Below are positions 40,534-49,228 of a stretch of DNA of 64,000 bases, piece by piece. Within the stretch, counting starts at the first letter, position 1. Each line of letters starts with the position of its first letter. The translations under genes were made by a program, and so were the position numbers. A model generated the notes under the pieces. It was given only the letters and a program-made list of their open reading frames with translations. It was not told where the DNA came from and ran no database searches. Source of the DNA: an uncultured delta proteobacterium. Lineage in GTDB: Bacteria > Desulfobacterota > Binatia > Binatales > Binataceae. The stretch is from NCBI GenBank assembly GCA_963842085.1, contig CAWJET010000001.1, positions 1,856,001 to 1,920,000 of the forward strand, in the 5' to 3' direction.

Positions 40534-42105
40534 GTGTTCACGGTGTGGACGAGGAAGACAATTGCCCCGCTGCGATTGGTCGCGCTGATCGCTGCGCTCG
40601 CGCTCGCGGGATGCGGCCCCGATCGCACCGCTCGTTCCCCCGCGACGATTCAGGTCGATATCGAAATCACGCCAACCTCGACTGACCCGCGCTTTGCGAC
40701 CGACGCGACCTCATCGCGGATCAACGAACTCATTTTCGATTCGCTGGTGAAGACCGACCGCGATGGTCAATTTGTTGGCCACCTTGCTGACAGCATCGAG
40801 CGTCCTTCGGCTACGGAAATTGTTTTCCATCTGAAGCATGGGGTGCGCTTCAGCGACGGCCGCGAACTGACCGCACGCGACGTGTTATTCACTTACGATT
40901 CGATTCTCGCGCCCGAGTCGATGTCGCCAAAGCGGGCCAGCCTCGAGGAGTTGACCTCAATCGTCGCCCCCGACGACTACACCGTCGTCATGACCACCGC
41001 GCATCCATACGCCCCCGCGCTCGAGATGGCGACGGAGGGTATCGTACCCAGTGGCACTCCGCTGCCCTCGAAAGGAAGCGCAGCCGCTCCCGTCGGCAGC
41101 GGTCCCTTTCATATGGTAGCTTACGCGCGCGACGAGGCCGCGCGGCTCGAGCGCAATCCGTACTACCCGCATCCGCCGGGCGCAGCACAATCGATCCTGT
41201 TCAAGATAGTTCCCGACCCTACGGTGCGCGCGCTCGAACTGGCAGAGGGAGTCTGCGATTTCTCGGGGAACAATATCGAGAACGATGTCTTGCCGTGGCT
41301 GGCAAGGCACCCTTTTCTGGAAGTCAGCAACACTCCGGGTACTACTTATAGGTACCTGTCTTTCAACTTTCGTGATCCGCGGCTGCGAGACTTACGCGTG
41401 CGACGCGGAATTGCCTATGCGATCGACCGCAATACTATAGTCAGTACCATCCTTCGTGGTACTGCTCGAGTAGCTACTGGTATGCTCTCACCCGAGAACT
41501 GGGCATACGACGGCAACGTAACTAGCTATACCTACGATCCGGAGAAGGCGCGTCAGTTGCTCGATCAAGCCGGCTACAGGGTCGGAAGCAACGGCATGCG
41601 CGGCCTCAAATTTGAATATAAGACGACGCCGGAAGGCGCTCGCATGGGCGAAGTGTTTCAGGCGATGCTTCAGCGAGTGGGTATCGAGCTGACTATTCGG
41701 ACTCTCGACTTCGCCACCTATTATGCTGACATTCAGGGCGGAAGTTTCGACCTGACTTCGCTCCAGTGGGTAGGTATCAACGACCCCAATAGCTACTACA
41801 TGGTATTCGACTCGAAGAAGACACCTCCGCACGGAGAAAATCGAGGTTACTATTCCAGCCCCGCGATGGATCGTTTGGTCGAAGCAGGAATGCGAACCGT
41901 CGCTCCGGAAGAACGAAAAAAAATATATGCACAGGTGCAGCGGCTCGCTGCCGCGGACCTGCCGTATGTTTCGCTGTGGTGGGTCGACAATGTGGCTGTG
42001 ATGAATCGGCGGCTCGTCGGTTTCAACGCGTATCCCAATGGCAGCTTCCGCTCGCTCGCGACTCTGACGCTGAGTACTCCCGGCGGCGGAGAGCCGTCGG
42101 ATTGA
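40534..42105 (+). CDS. ABC transporter substrate-binding lipoprotein, family 5 (start approximate)
   Basis: Lipobox LAGC, FSDG.ELTA.DV, GSGPF, VRR.IAYAIDR, YDPEKA..LL. Confidence 0.92.
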   Translation: MFTVWTRKTIAPLRLVALIAALALAGCGPDRTARSPATIQVDIEITPTSTDPRFATDATSSRINELIFDSLVKTDRDGQFVGHLADSIERPSATEIVFHLKHGVRFSDGRELTARDVLFTYDSILAPESMSPKRASLEELTSIVAPDDYTVVMTTAHPYAPALEMATEGIVPSGTPLPSKGSAAAPVGSGPFHMVAYARDEAARLERNPYYPHPPGAAQSILFKIVPDPTVRALELAEGVCDFSGNNIENDVLPWLARHPFLEVSNTPGTTYRYLSFNFRDPRLRDLRVRRGIAYAIDRNTIVSTILRGTARVATGMLSPENWAYDGNVTSYTYDPEKARQLLDQAGYRVGSNGMRGLKFEYKTTPEGARMGEVFQAMLQRVGIELTIRTLDFATYYADIQGGSFDLTSLQWVGINDPNSYYMVFDSKKTPPHGENRGYYSSPAMDRLVEAGMRTVAPEERKKIYAQVQRLAAADLPYVSLWWVDNVAVMNRRLVGFNAYPNGSFRSLATLTLSTPGGGEPSD

Positions 42106-42109
42106 TCCA

Positions 42110-43030
42110 GTGATCAACTACCTGGTCCGGCGTTTGCTCGCACTCGTTCCGGTGGCGCTTGGCGTCGCGACCCTGACATTCGCGATCATCCACCTGGTGC
42201 CGGGGGATCCGGTGGTTGCGATGCTCGGTGAGACCGCCGCGCCCGCCGACATTGTCGGTATGCGTCATCGACTCGGCCTCGATCGCCCGCTCCTGGAGCA
42301 GTACGGCGCCTATCTCGGCGGGCTCGCCGTCGGCGATCTCGGCGAATCGATCTCATATCGCAAGCCGGTCTCGCGGCTTATCGCTGAACGCTTTCCGGCC
42401 ACGATTGAGCTCGCCGCCGCGGGGATGCTGGTCGCCTTGCTCCTGGCCTTTCCGCTGGGAATAATCGGGGGTTCCAATCCGGGCGGCGCCGGCGATCTCG
42501 GCGCCATGGGATTTGCAATCGTCGGCATTTCGATTCCGCACATCTACCTCGGCCCGCTGCTCATGATTTTATTTTCACTGGATCTGCGCTGGCTGCCGCT
42601 CACCGGCCGCGGCGGTCTCGCGCATCTGGTCCTGCCCGCGGTCACGCTCGGCACCGCGCTCGCCGCGATCCTAGCGCGGATGCTCCGCCAGAGTCTGATT
42701 CGTGTGCGCGAGAGCGACTATATGCGCACCGCGCTCAGCAAGGGGTTGAGCACGCGCGCGGCCCTCGTTCGCCACGGCCTTAAGAATGCACTCACCACCG
42801 TTGTGACCATCATCGGGCTTCAGATGGGCGCGCTGCTGAGCGGCACGCTCATCACCGAGATAATTTTTTCGTGGCCCGGTATCGGACGCCTGCTGATCAG
42901 CGCGATCGGGGCGCGCGATTATCCCGTCGTCGAGGGATGCGTGCTCACGTTCGCGATGACCTACGTCGTCGTGAACATGGCGACCGATCTCGCTTATGCA
43001 ATCATCGACCCGCGAGTGAGAATCCAGTGA
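42110..43030 (+). CDS. Peptide/nickel ABC permease (DppB-like)
   Basis: PGDP, GDLG.S, HLVLPA.TL, DY.RTA..KG, FSWPGIG, DPR. Confidence 0.93.
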   Translation: MINYLVRRLLALVPVALGVATLTFAIIHLVPGDPVVAMLGETAAPADIVGMRHRLGLDRPLLEQYGAYLGGLAVGDLGESISYRKPVSRLIAERFPATIELAAAGMLVALLLAFPLGIIGGSNPGGAGDLGAMGFAIVGISIPHIYLGPLLMILFSLDLRWLPLTGRGGLAHLVLPAVTLGTALAAILARMLRQSLIRVRESDYMRTALSKGLSTRAALVRHGLKNALTTVVTIIGLQMGALLSGTLITEIIFSWPGIGRLLISAIGARDYPVVEGCVLTFAMTYVVVNMATDLAYAIIDPRVRIQ

Positions 43031-43839
43031 GCCTCCGCGTCCGCAATCCGTCACTGGCTATTGGACTGACTATCATCGCAGCGATCGTCGTCGCTGCGAT
43101 CCTGGGTCCGCTGCTGTTTCACGCCGATCCTTTGTCGATCGATCTTGCCAACACGCTCGCCGGTCCCAGCCGCGCGCATCCGTTTGGCTGCGACGCGCTC
43201 GGCCGCGACGTGCTCGCCCGAGTCCTGTCCGGCGCGCGGCTTTCGCTCTCGATCTCTACCGTCGTCGTTGCGCTCTCGCTGGTCGTTGGCAGCCTGATTG
43301 GAGCGACCGCCGCGTTATCGGGCGGTCAAATCGACAACCTGATGATGCGCGGCGTGGATATCGTCCTCGCTTTTCCGGGAATCCTGCTCGCGATCGCGCT
43401 GGCGGCAATCCTCGGCCCGGGCCTCGTCGACCTCGCGATCGCGCTGACCGCCATGGGATGGACCGGTTACGCGCGCATCGTGCGCGGCGAAGTGCTGAGC
43501 TTGCGCGAGCGCGAGTACGTTCTCGCCGCCGAGAGCTTGGGCGCCACTCGGTCGCGCCTACTGATGCGCCATCTGCTGCCCGGCGTCGTCGGACCGCTCG
43601 CGGTGCAGGCGACGTTCGGAATCGGCGGCATCATCGGCGCCGAAGCCGCGCTTTCGTTCCTTGGCTTGGGCGCGCTCCCTCCCACTGCCAGTTGGGGCAA
43701 CATGCTCGACGCCGGCCGCGCTTTCCTGCTGGTCGCGCCGCATCTCACGACCGCGCCGGGACTCGCGATCGGGCTTTCGATCCTCGGCTTCAACCTTCTC
43801 GGCGACGGGATTGCGCAGAAGGTCGGCCATCGCGCCTGA
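43027..43839 (+). CDS. Peptide/nickel ABC permease (DppC-like)
   Basis: HPFG.D.LGRD, GARLSL, EYV.AA..LGA, LSFLGLG, FNLLGD. Confidence 0.93.
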   Translation: MSLRVRNPSLAIGLTIIAAIVVAAILGPLLFHADPLSIDLANTLAGPSRAHPFGCDALGRDVLARVLSGARLSLSISTVVVALSLVVGSLIGATAALSGGQIDNLMMRGVDIVLAFPGILLAIALAAILGPGLVDLAIALTAMGWTGYARIVRGEVLSLREREYVLAAESLGATRSRLLMRHLLPGVVGPLAVQATFGIGGIIGAEAALSFLGLGALPPTASWGNMLDAGRAFLLVAPHLTTAPGLAIGLSILGFNLLGDGIAQKVGHRA

Positions 43840-43916
43840 CGGTCAAGTACGCGTTTCGCTCGGCGTGCGCAGCGGCGAAATTTCGTGATACTCATTCTTG
43901 GGAGTGACTGCGCATC

Positions 43917-44936
43917 ATGGAGAGAATCGAGCCCGGCGAAATGGTCCAGCGGCTGACTGCTTTCATCCGCGAGCAGGGCCGTTTCGACCGCGTCGCGATC
44001 GACAACTTTCGCAGGATGCCCGGCGGCGCGTCGCGCGAGATCTGGTCGTTCGATTGCGCGATGGAGCGTGGCGGCGAAGTGAGTCGCCGCGCGATGGTGT
44101 TGCGGCGCGATCCCGGCGCCCACAATATCTCCACCAATCGCCGTCACGAGTTCATGGTCATTCGCGCCGCGTTCGAGGAACGCATCCCGGTTCCCGAAGT
44201 CTTTTGGGTTTCGGAAGACCCCGCCGTTCTCGGCTCCGCGTTTTTCATCATGGAGCGCATCGACGGCGAAACACTGGCGCGTCGACTCCTGCGCGACGAC
44301 GCTTACGCTCGCGCGCGCGAAGTGATGCCCGCGCAACTCGCGGAAATTCTCGCGAAGATTCATCGAATCGATCCCGTCAAGCACAAGCTCGACTTCCTGG
44401 CGGAGCCGGGCGACAACGCGGCGCTGACCGAGGTCCGACGCTACGAGGAAAACTTCCGGCTTCTCGCGCTCGAACCCCATCCCGCCTTCGAATTGGCCTT
44501 CCGATGGCTCCTGAAGCGGGTTCCCAAGACCCCGCGCAAAACGCTGGTACACGGCGACTATCGAATCGGCAATGTTATTTTCGGCCCCGAGGGCGTGCGC
44601 TCGATCCTCGATTGGGAGCTGGCCCATCTCGGCGATCCGATGGAGGACGTCGGCTGGATGTGCGTGCGGGCTTGGCGTTTCGGCAACGATCAGAAGCCGG
44701 TCGGAGGACTCGGCTCGCGTGAGGATTTCTTTCGCGCCTACGAAAAAGCCAGCGGCACCGCCGTCGATCCCGACGCGGCACGCTTCTGGGAGGTCTTCGG
44801 CAACCTGCGCTGGGGCATAATCACCATCAGCCAGGCCCGAACCCATATCGACGGTTTCGTGAAGAGCGTCGAACTGGCTAGCATCGGACGGCGGACTGCC
44901 GAAACGGAGCTCGAATTGTTGAATCTGATCGAATAG
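43917..44936 (+). CDS. APH-family phosphotransferase (LvaA/ACAD10 kinase-like)
   Basis: GGASRE, PVPEV, VHGDYRIGN, LDWELAHLGDP.ED. Confidence 0.9.
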   Translation: MERIEPGEMVQRLTAFIREQGRFDRVAIDNFRRMPGGASREIWSFDCAMERGGEVSRRAMVLRRDPGAHNISTNRRHEFMVIRAAFEERIPVPEVFWVSEDPAVLGSAFFIMERIDGETLARRLLRDDAYARAREVMPAQLAEILAKIHRIDPVKHKLDFLAEPGDNAALTEVRRYEENFRLLALEPHPAFELAFRWLLKRVPKTPRKTLVHGDYRIGNVIFGPEGVRSILDWELAHLGDPMEDVGWMCVRAWRFGNDQKPVGGLGSREDFFRAYEKASGTAVDPDAARFWEVFGNLRWGIITISQARTHIDGFVKSVELASIGRRTAETELELLNLIE

Positions 44937-44987
44937 CAACATGGTAATTCCGCAGCCTGGTAGTGATACGTAATGTGAGTAATCAAT

Positions 44988-45413
44988 ATGCAGGACCGGC
45001 CGACCTCAATTGAGTTGCTCGAAGCCGCCGCTGACTTCGTCGATCGCGAACTGGTGCCGACGATCGAGGGCGCCCGTCAGTTCCAGGCGCGGGTGGTCGC
45101 CAATGTGATGCGAATCGTCGCCCGCGAGATAAAGATGGAAGATCCACTCGTTCGCAGCGAGGTAAAAGCGCTCGCGCGGCTGCTCGGCCACGATTCACCG
45201 CATCTGCACAGTCTTGACGATCTACGCTCCGCCGCTGCCAGTATGGGCGAAGAGCTGACCGCAAAGATTCGCGCGGGCGCAGCGGACGACGGCGAATGGC
45301 GCCGCGAAGTGCTGGCGGTCGTGCGTCAGAGCGTAGAGGACAAACTCCGTATCGCGAATCCGCGCTACCTCGAGAGCGACATCGCAATCCGCAGCGCCGC
45401 AAAAGTCAAATAG
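44988..45413 (+). CDS. DUF6285/LvaB-like small protein
   Basis: MQDRPT..ELLEA...FQARV.AN..IVARE...KL.IANPRYL; follows the APH gene. Confidence 0.75.
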   Translation: MQDRPTSIELLEAAADFVDRELVPTIEGARQFQARVVANVMRIVAREIKMEDPLVRSEVKALARLLGHDSPHLHSLDDLRSAAASMGEELTAKIRAGAADDGEWRREVLAVVRQSVEDKLRIANPRYLESDIAIRSAAKVK

Positions 45414-45425
45414 GAGATCTGACTA

Positions 45426-46445
45426 ATGCCTGAAATCAAAGTAGTACTTCTCGAACAGGACGACCTGATGCATCCCAACACCGGCGAGTCCAATTTCAAC
45501 GAAAGCGCATACTATAATTTCTACGATCGTAGTCAGCGCCTCGGCGGGTTTATCCGACTGGGCAATCGCGCGAACGAAGGTTACGCCGAAATGACGGCGT
45601 GCCTGCACCTCCCGGACGGAACCGTCGGCTTCATGTTCCAGCGGCCCGAGATCAAAAATAACGACGCTCACGACGCCGGCGGCGCAAAGTTCGAAGTCGT
45701 CAAACCGTTCGAACGCCACCGCGTCAGCTACCACGGCAAACTCTGCATTCTGAAAAACCCGCTCGAGATGGCCGATCCAGCCAGGGCGTTCAAGAGTAAT
45801 CCATACTCGCAAGCGTCGCTCGAGATTGACTACGTCGCCACGTCTCCCGGATGGGGCGGCGAAGTGCGCGAGAAAATCGGAGAGCAATGGGTCTCGCCGA
45901 AACCATCAGGCGATCCTGAAGCTCAGTTCGCCAAGGGGCATCTCGAGCAACTTGGCCGCGCAACGGGAAAACTGGTGCTTACGACTTGCGGTGCGGACCG
46001 CGAGTTCAAAATCGACGCGCTGGGCCTGCGCGATCATAGCTGGGGCCCGCGCTACTGGCAGGCGCCGAAGTATTATCGATGGCTCACGATGAACTTCGAC
46101 CAGGACCTCGGTGCGATGGCCACCATTACGGTGAATCGCGACGGTAGCGAACGGCCCGGAGGATTCGTTGCGCGCAAGAACCGGCCGTTTCTCAATATCG
46201 TGAAGGTAGACATTCAGACCGAATTCGCCGGCGAGCAGCAGCTGCACGACAAAATCACAGTGAACTGTCAGACTGCCGACGGCGGAGCGCCAATAGTCAT
46301 TACCGGCAAAGTGTTATCGATGATTCCGCTGCGCAACCGCCGCGCCGGTATAGTCACTCGAATCGCCGAAGGTATGACTGAATGGAACTGGGACGGCAAG
46401 ATTGGCTATGGGCTCTCTGAGTATCTCGATCACTTCGATGAGTAG
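45426..46445 (+). CDS. Conserved hypothetical beta-rich protein (CrtC/tocopherol-cyclase-like motifs)
   Basis: NESAYYNF, HLEQ.G, RDHSWGPRYW, GYGLSEY. Confidence 0.7.
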   Translation: MPEIKVVLLEQDDLMHPNTGESNFNESAYYNFYDRSQRLGGFIRLGNRANEGYAEMTACLHLPDGTVGFMFQRPEIKNNDAHDAGGAKFEVVKPFERHRVSYHGKLCILKNPLEMADPARAFKSNPYSQASLEIDYVATSPGWGGEVREKIGEQWVSPKPSGDPEAQFAKGHLEQLGRATGKLVLTTCGADREFKIDALGLRDHSWGPRYWQAPKYYRWLTMNFDQDLGAMATITVNRDGSERPGGFVARKNRPFLNIVKVDIQTEFAGEQQLHDKITVNCQTADGGAPIVITGKVLSMIPLRNRRAGIVTRIAEGMTEWNWDGKIGYGLSEYLDHFDE

Positions 46446-46453
46446 TCAGTCGA

Positions 46454-47488
46454 TCATCGTCCACTCTTCAACGCGCGCAGACTCTCCGTGTAAGGCGGAT
46501 ACGCGACTCCCCGTTCGGTGATAATCGCGGTCACCAGCTCGGCCGGGGTGACATCGAACGCGGGGTTGAAAGTCTGGACGCCCTTCGGTGCGATCTGCCT
46601 GCCGCCGTACTCGGTGAGCTCGCGACCCGACCGCTCTTCGATCGGGATCGCCGCGCCGTTGGGACAGTCCAGGTCGATCGAGGACAGCGGCGCCGCGACG
46701 TAAAAAGGCACGCCGTGGCGCCGGGCCATAACCGCCAGCGGGTAGGTCCCGATTTTATTCGCGACGTCGCCGTTCGCCGCTGTGCGATCCGTTCCTACCA
46801 CCACGCACGTGATCTTGTTTTGCGAGAGCACGGTGGCCGCCATGTTGTCGGCGATTACCGTCACCGGTATCCGATCCTTTTGTAGTTCCCACGCGGTCAG
46901 GCGCGAGCCCTGCAAGAAAGGCCGCGTTTCGTCGGCAAACACCCGGATCTTTTTTCCCGCGTCGCGTGCGGCGCGCACCACCCCGAGCGCCGTGCCGTAT
47001 CCTGCCGTCGCCAGCGCGCCCGCGTTGCAATGCGTCAACACCGTTGCCGAATCTCCGATGAGTTCCGCGCCGAACCGTCCCAGCGCTCGATTCGCGGCCA
47101 GGTCTTCCTCGTAGATTGCGATCGCTTCCGCGCGCATGCGCCTGAACAATGCTCCCGCGTCCAGCGAAACGCTCTCGTCGAGTGCGCGTCCCATTCGATC
47201 CACCGCCCACGCAAGGTTTACCGCAGTTGGCCGCGTGGCTTTGAGAGCCTTCGCGACCACCGCGAAGCGTTTCCGCGCCTTCGCCCCCGCGGTGCCCTTG
47301 ATGCCGAGCGCGACGCCCATCGCCGCCGCCACGCCAATTGCCGGCGCGCCGCGAATCACCATCGTGCGGATAGCGTTCGCGACGCCGCGGTAGTCGCGAT
47401 AGGTTCGAATTACCTCGCGTGCGGGCAGCAAGCGCTGATCGATCATGCGGACGGTGTCCGCCCGCCATTCAATCGTCATCACGGCCAT
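46454..47488 (-). CDS. mtnA: Methylthioribose-1-phosphate isomerase
   Basis: IRGAPAIG, RPTAVNL, THCNAGALAT.GYGTA, ETRP.LQG.RLT, ANKIGTY, NPAFDVTP. Confidence 0.96.
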   Translation of the reverse strand: MAVMTIEWRADTVRMIDQRLLPAREVIRTYRDYRGVANAIRTMVIRGAPAIGVAAAMGVALGIKGTAGAKARKRFAVVAKALKATRPTAVNLAWAVDRMGRALDESVSLDAGALFRRMRAEAIAIYEEDLAANRALGRFGAELIGDSATVLTHCNAGALATAGYGTALGVVRAARDAGKKIRVFADETRPFLQGSRLTAWELQKDRIPVTVIADNMAATVLSQNKITCVVVGTDRTAANGDVANKIGTYPLAVMARRHGVPFYVAAPLSSIDLDCPNGAAIPIEERSGRELTEYGGRQIAPKGVQTFNPAFDVTPAELVTAIITERGVAYPPYTESLRALKSGR

Positions 47489-47639
47489 GTGGTCTGACTC
47501 TTTCGCACGCGCATGAGGCTCCACTGACTAATATTCAACTAAGCAATAGAAAACGGCGTCGCTGATCGTTCGCGGCGCCGCTCAACTATGCTCTCGTCGC
47601 GCGACGACCGCATCCCGGCCGGCACGCGCGAAGCTTCGC

Positions 47640-48023
47640 CTAGACTCTTTCGTATACTCCGCGTGCCTTTCGCCTTGCGGCTCCCGCGTCGATCCATCGC
47701 GTGATTGCCGCAAAAATCTCTGACGGCCGCTTGCCCTTGAGTCCGCGCACGTTGCGCACGTCGGCGGCCTTGAATTGCCTGGGAAGTGCCGAAAGCACGT
47801 TGCGCCAATTTACCCGGCCGCGAGGCCCGCTGCTGATCGCTTTCGCTGCGCCGCCCCCCCGACCGATCAACGACCCCAGCCGCGCTTCCTCCGCTTTGAG
47901 TTTGCTCAGTATCGATTCTTTCATGCGGATGTCTTTGCGCAGATTCATCAGCAGCGTGCGCGCTTGCCGCTGAACTTGCTGGAATGCCGACGCGCCTCCG
48001 CGAGGGGCTTTCTTGCGAGGCAT
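47640..48023 (-). CDS. Basic hypothetical protein (coiled-coil + Gly linker + wHTH-like C-domain)
   Basis: GGAGGAG RBS; K/R-rich; ends with a RKARGVYERV wing-like segment. Confidence 0.8.
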   Translation of the reverse strand: MPRKKAPRGGASAFQQVQRQARTLLMNLRKDIRMKESILSKLKAEEARLGSLIGRGGGAAKAISSGPRGRVNWRNVLSALPRQFKAADVRNVRGLKGKRPSEIFAAITRWIDAGAARRKARGVYERV

Positions 48024-48054
48024 TTGGCTATATCTCCTCCGCGAATTGGTCAGT

Positions 48055-48115
48055 ACAAATTGACTTTGAATCTACACAATCTAACCTACTTCTACAAGTA
48101 TCAAAGTCATTTTGT
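48055..48115 (-). repeat. 15-bp inverted repeat (1 mismatch) with 31-nt spacer
   Basis: ACAAATTGACTTTGA at 48055-48069 and TCAAAGTCATTTTGT at 48101-48115. Confidence 0.85.
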
Positions 48116-48117
48116 CC

Positions 48118-48146
48118 ATTATCAACATCAACCAACTGGATATAAA
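48118..48146 (-). promoter_or_regulatory. Candidate sigma70-type promoter for the 47640-48023 gene
   Basis: TTTATA-17 nt-GATAAT on the minus strand in an AT-rich stretch. Confidence 0.4.
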
Positions 48147-48774
48147 TCATCTATAGCGACTCGTCATTGCCACACTACGCGATCGGACTACTCCGCGCAG
48201 TGCTGAATTTATCCGGCGGGTAGCCAGATTGACTCGCCGATACTTCCGCAAGTTCCCCCGATCGCAATTGCCTGCCAGCCAGGGTTCGCATCGATAAGCG
48301 GAACTCGATCTCGCCGCGCTCCGCGCTGAATGCGGATGCTTCCCCGAGCGGTTCAAGCGCGTGTACCCTCGATGTGTTCCCGTCGAGGGTGACCTACACG
48401 TCCTAACGGCGGGACAATGCAGAGACGACCGTCGTTCAGGCCGCGCCTGCGGCGTGCGATATAACTATTTTAGAAGCGCCCAGGAATCAGAATGCGTACA
48501 ATATGATGCATAGGCATTCGTTGGTTTTCTCCCTATTCGAGACCAGGTAACTGTTGGGACCAACCACGAAATGAAGTAAGGGGGGCAGCAGTAGGATGAG
48601 GCTATGTTTGAGTTTGGCGCGATGCTATAAGCATTCCGGAAATTCGGACTAGATGCGCGCCGTAGGTATCGCCCCGCCACTTAGGTGTCTGTACATCAGA
48701 TCAGGTTTCCGAATGCCTCTAGATACAGACGGAGTACGCCGTAGGGCAGCCGGTTTGCGCGCGAGGAGAGGGTA

Positions 48775-49086
48775 ATGGGCCGCAGACTGTATGTTGGGAA
48801 TCTGGCTTGGACTGTGACCGACCAGGATCTGCTCGACGTCTTTTCGGAAGCAGGAAAGGTGGACAGCTCGCAAGTCATCATCGACCGCGCCACCAACCGC
48901 TCGCGGGGATTCGGTTTCGTCGAGATGGCGACCGATGAGGCGGCCGAAGGCGCGATCAAGAAACTGAATGGCCGCGACATCAAGGGCCGTCCGATTCGCG
49001 TCAACGAAGCGCAGGCGCGCAGCGGCGGAGCTGGTGGTGGCGGCGGCGGCGGCGGTGGCGAACGCCGCGGCGGACGCGACCACTAG
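48775..49086 (+). CDS. RRM RNA-binding protein with Gly-rich tail
   Basis: RNP2 LYVGNL, RNP1 RGFGFVEM, GGGG..RRGGR tail; GAGGAG RBS. Confidence 0.96.
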   Translation: MGRRLYVGNLAWTVTDQDLLDVFSEAGKVDSSQVIIDRATNRSRGFGFVEMATDEAAEGAIKKLNGRDIKGRPIRVNEAQARSGGAGGGGGGGGGERRGGRDH

Positions 49087-49228
49087 TCAGTTCCGAAGTT
49101 TCTGGATAGCGCGCGATTGTAGCTCGCCTCTTCGTCGCGCCGCAAAATATACTTAACCCACCTGCGGGGACGCCCGCCTGTCGGGCCGAACCCTCGCGTC
49201 CGGACGCTCCTCGTACTAAACCATCACC

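Noticed and set aside
48465-48680. 71-aa ORF in the intergenic region
   Set aside because: No RBS, atypical composition, overlaps the likely RRM promoter
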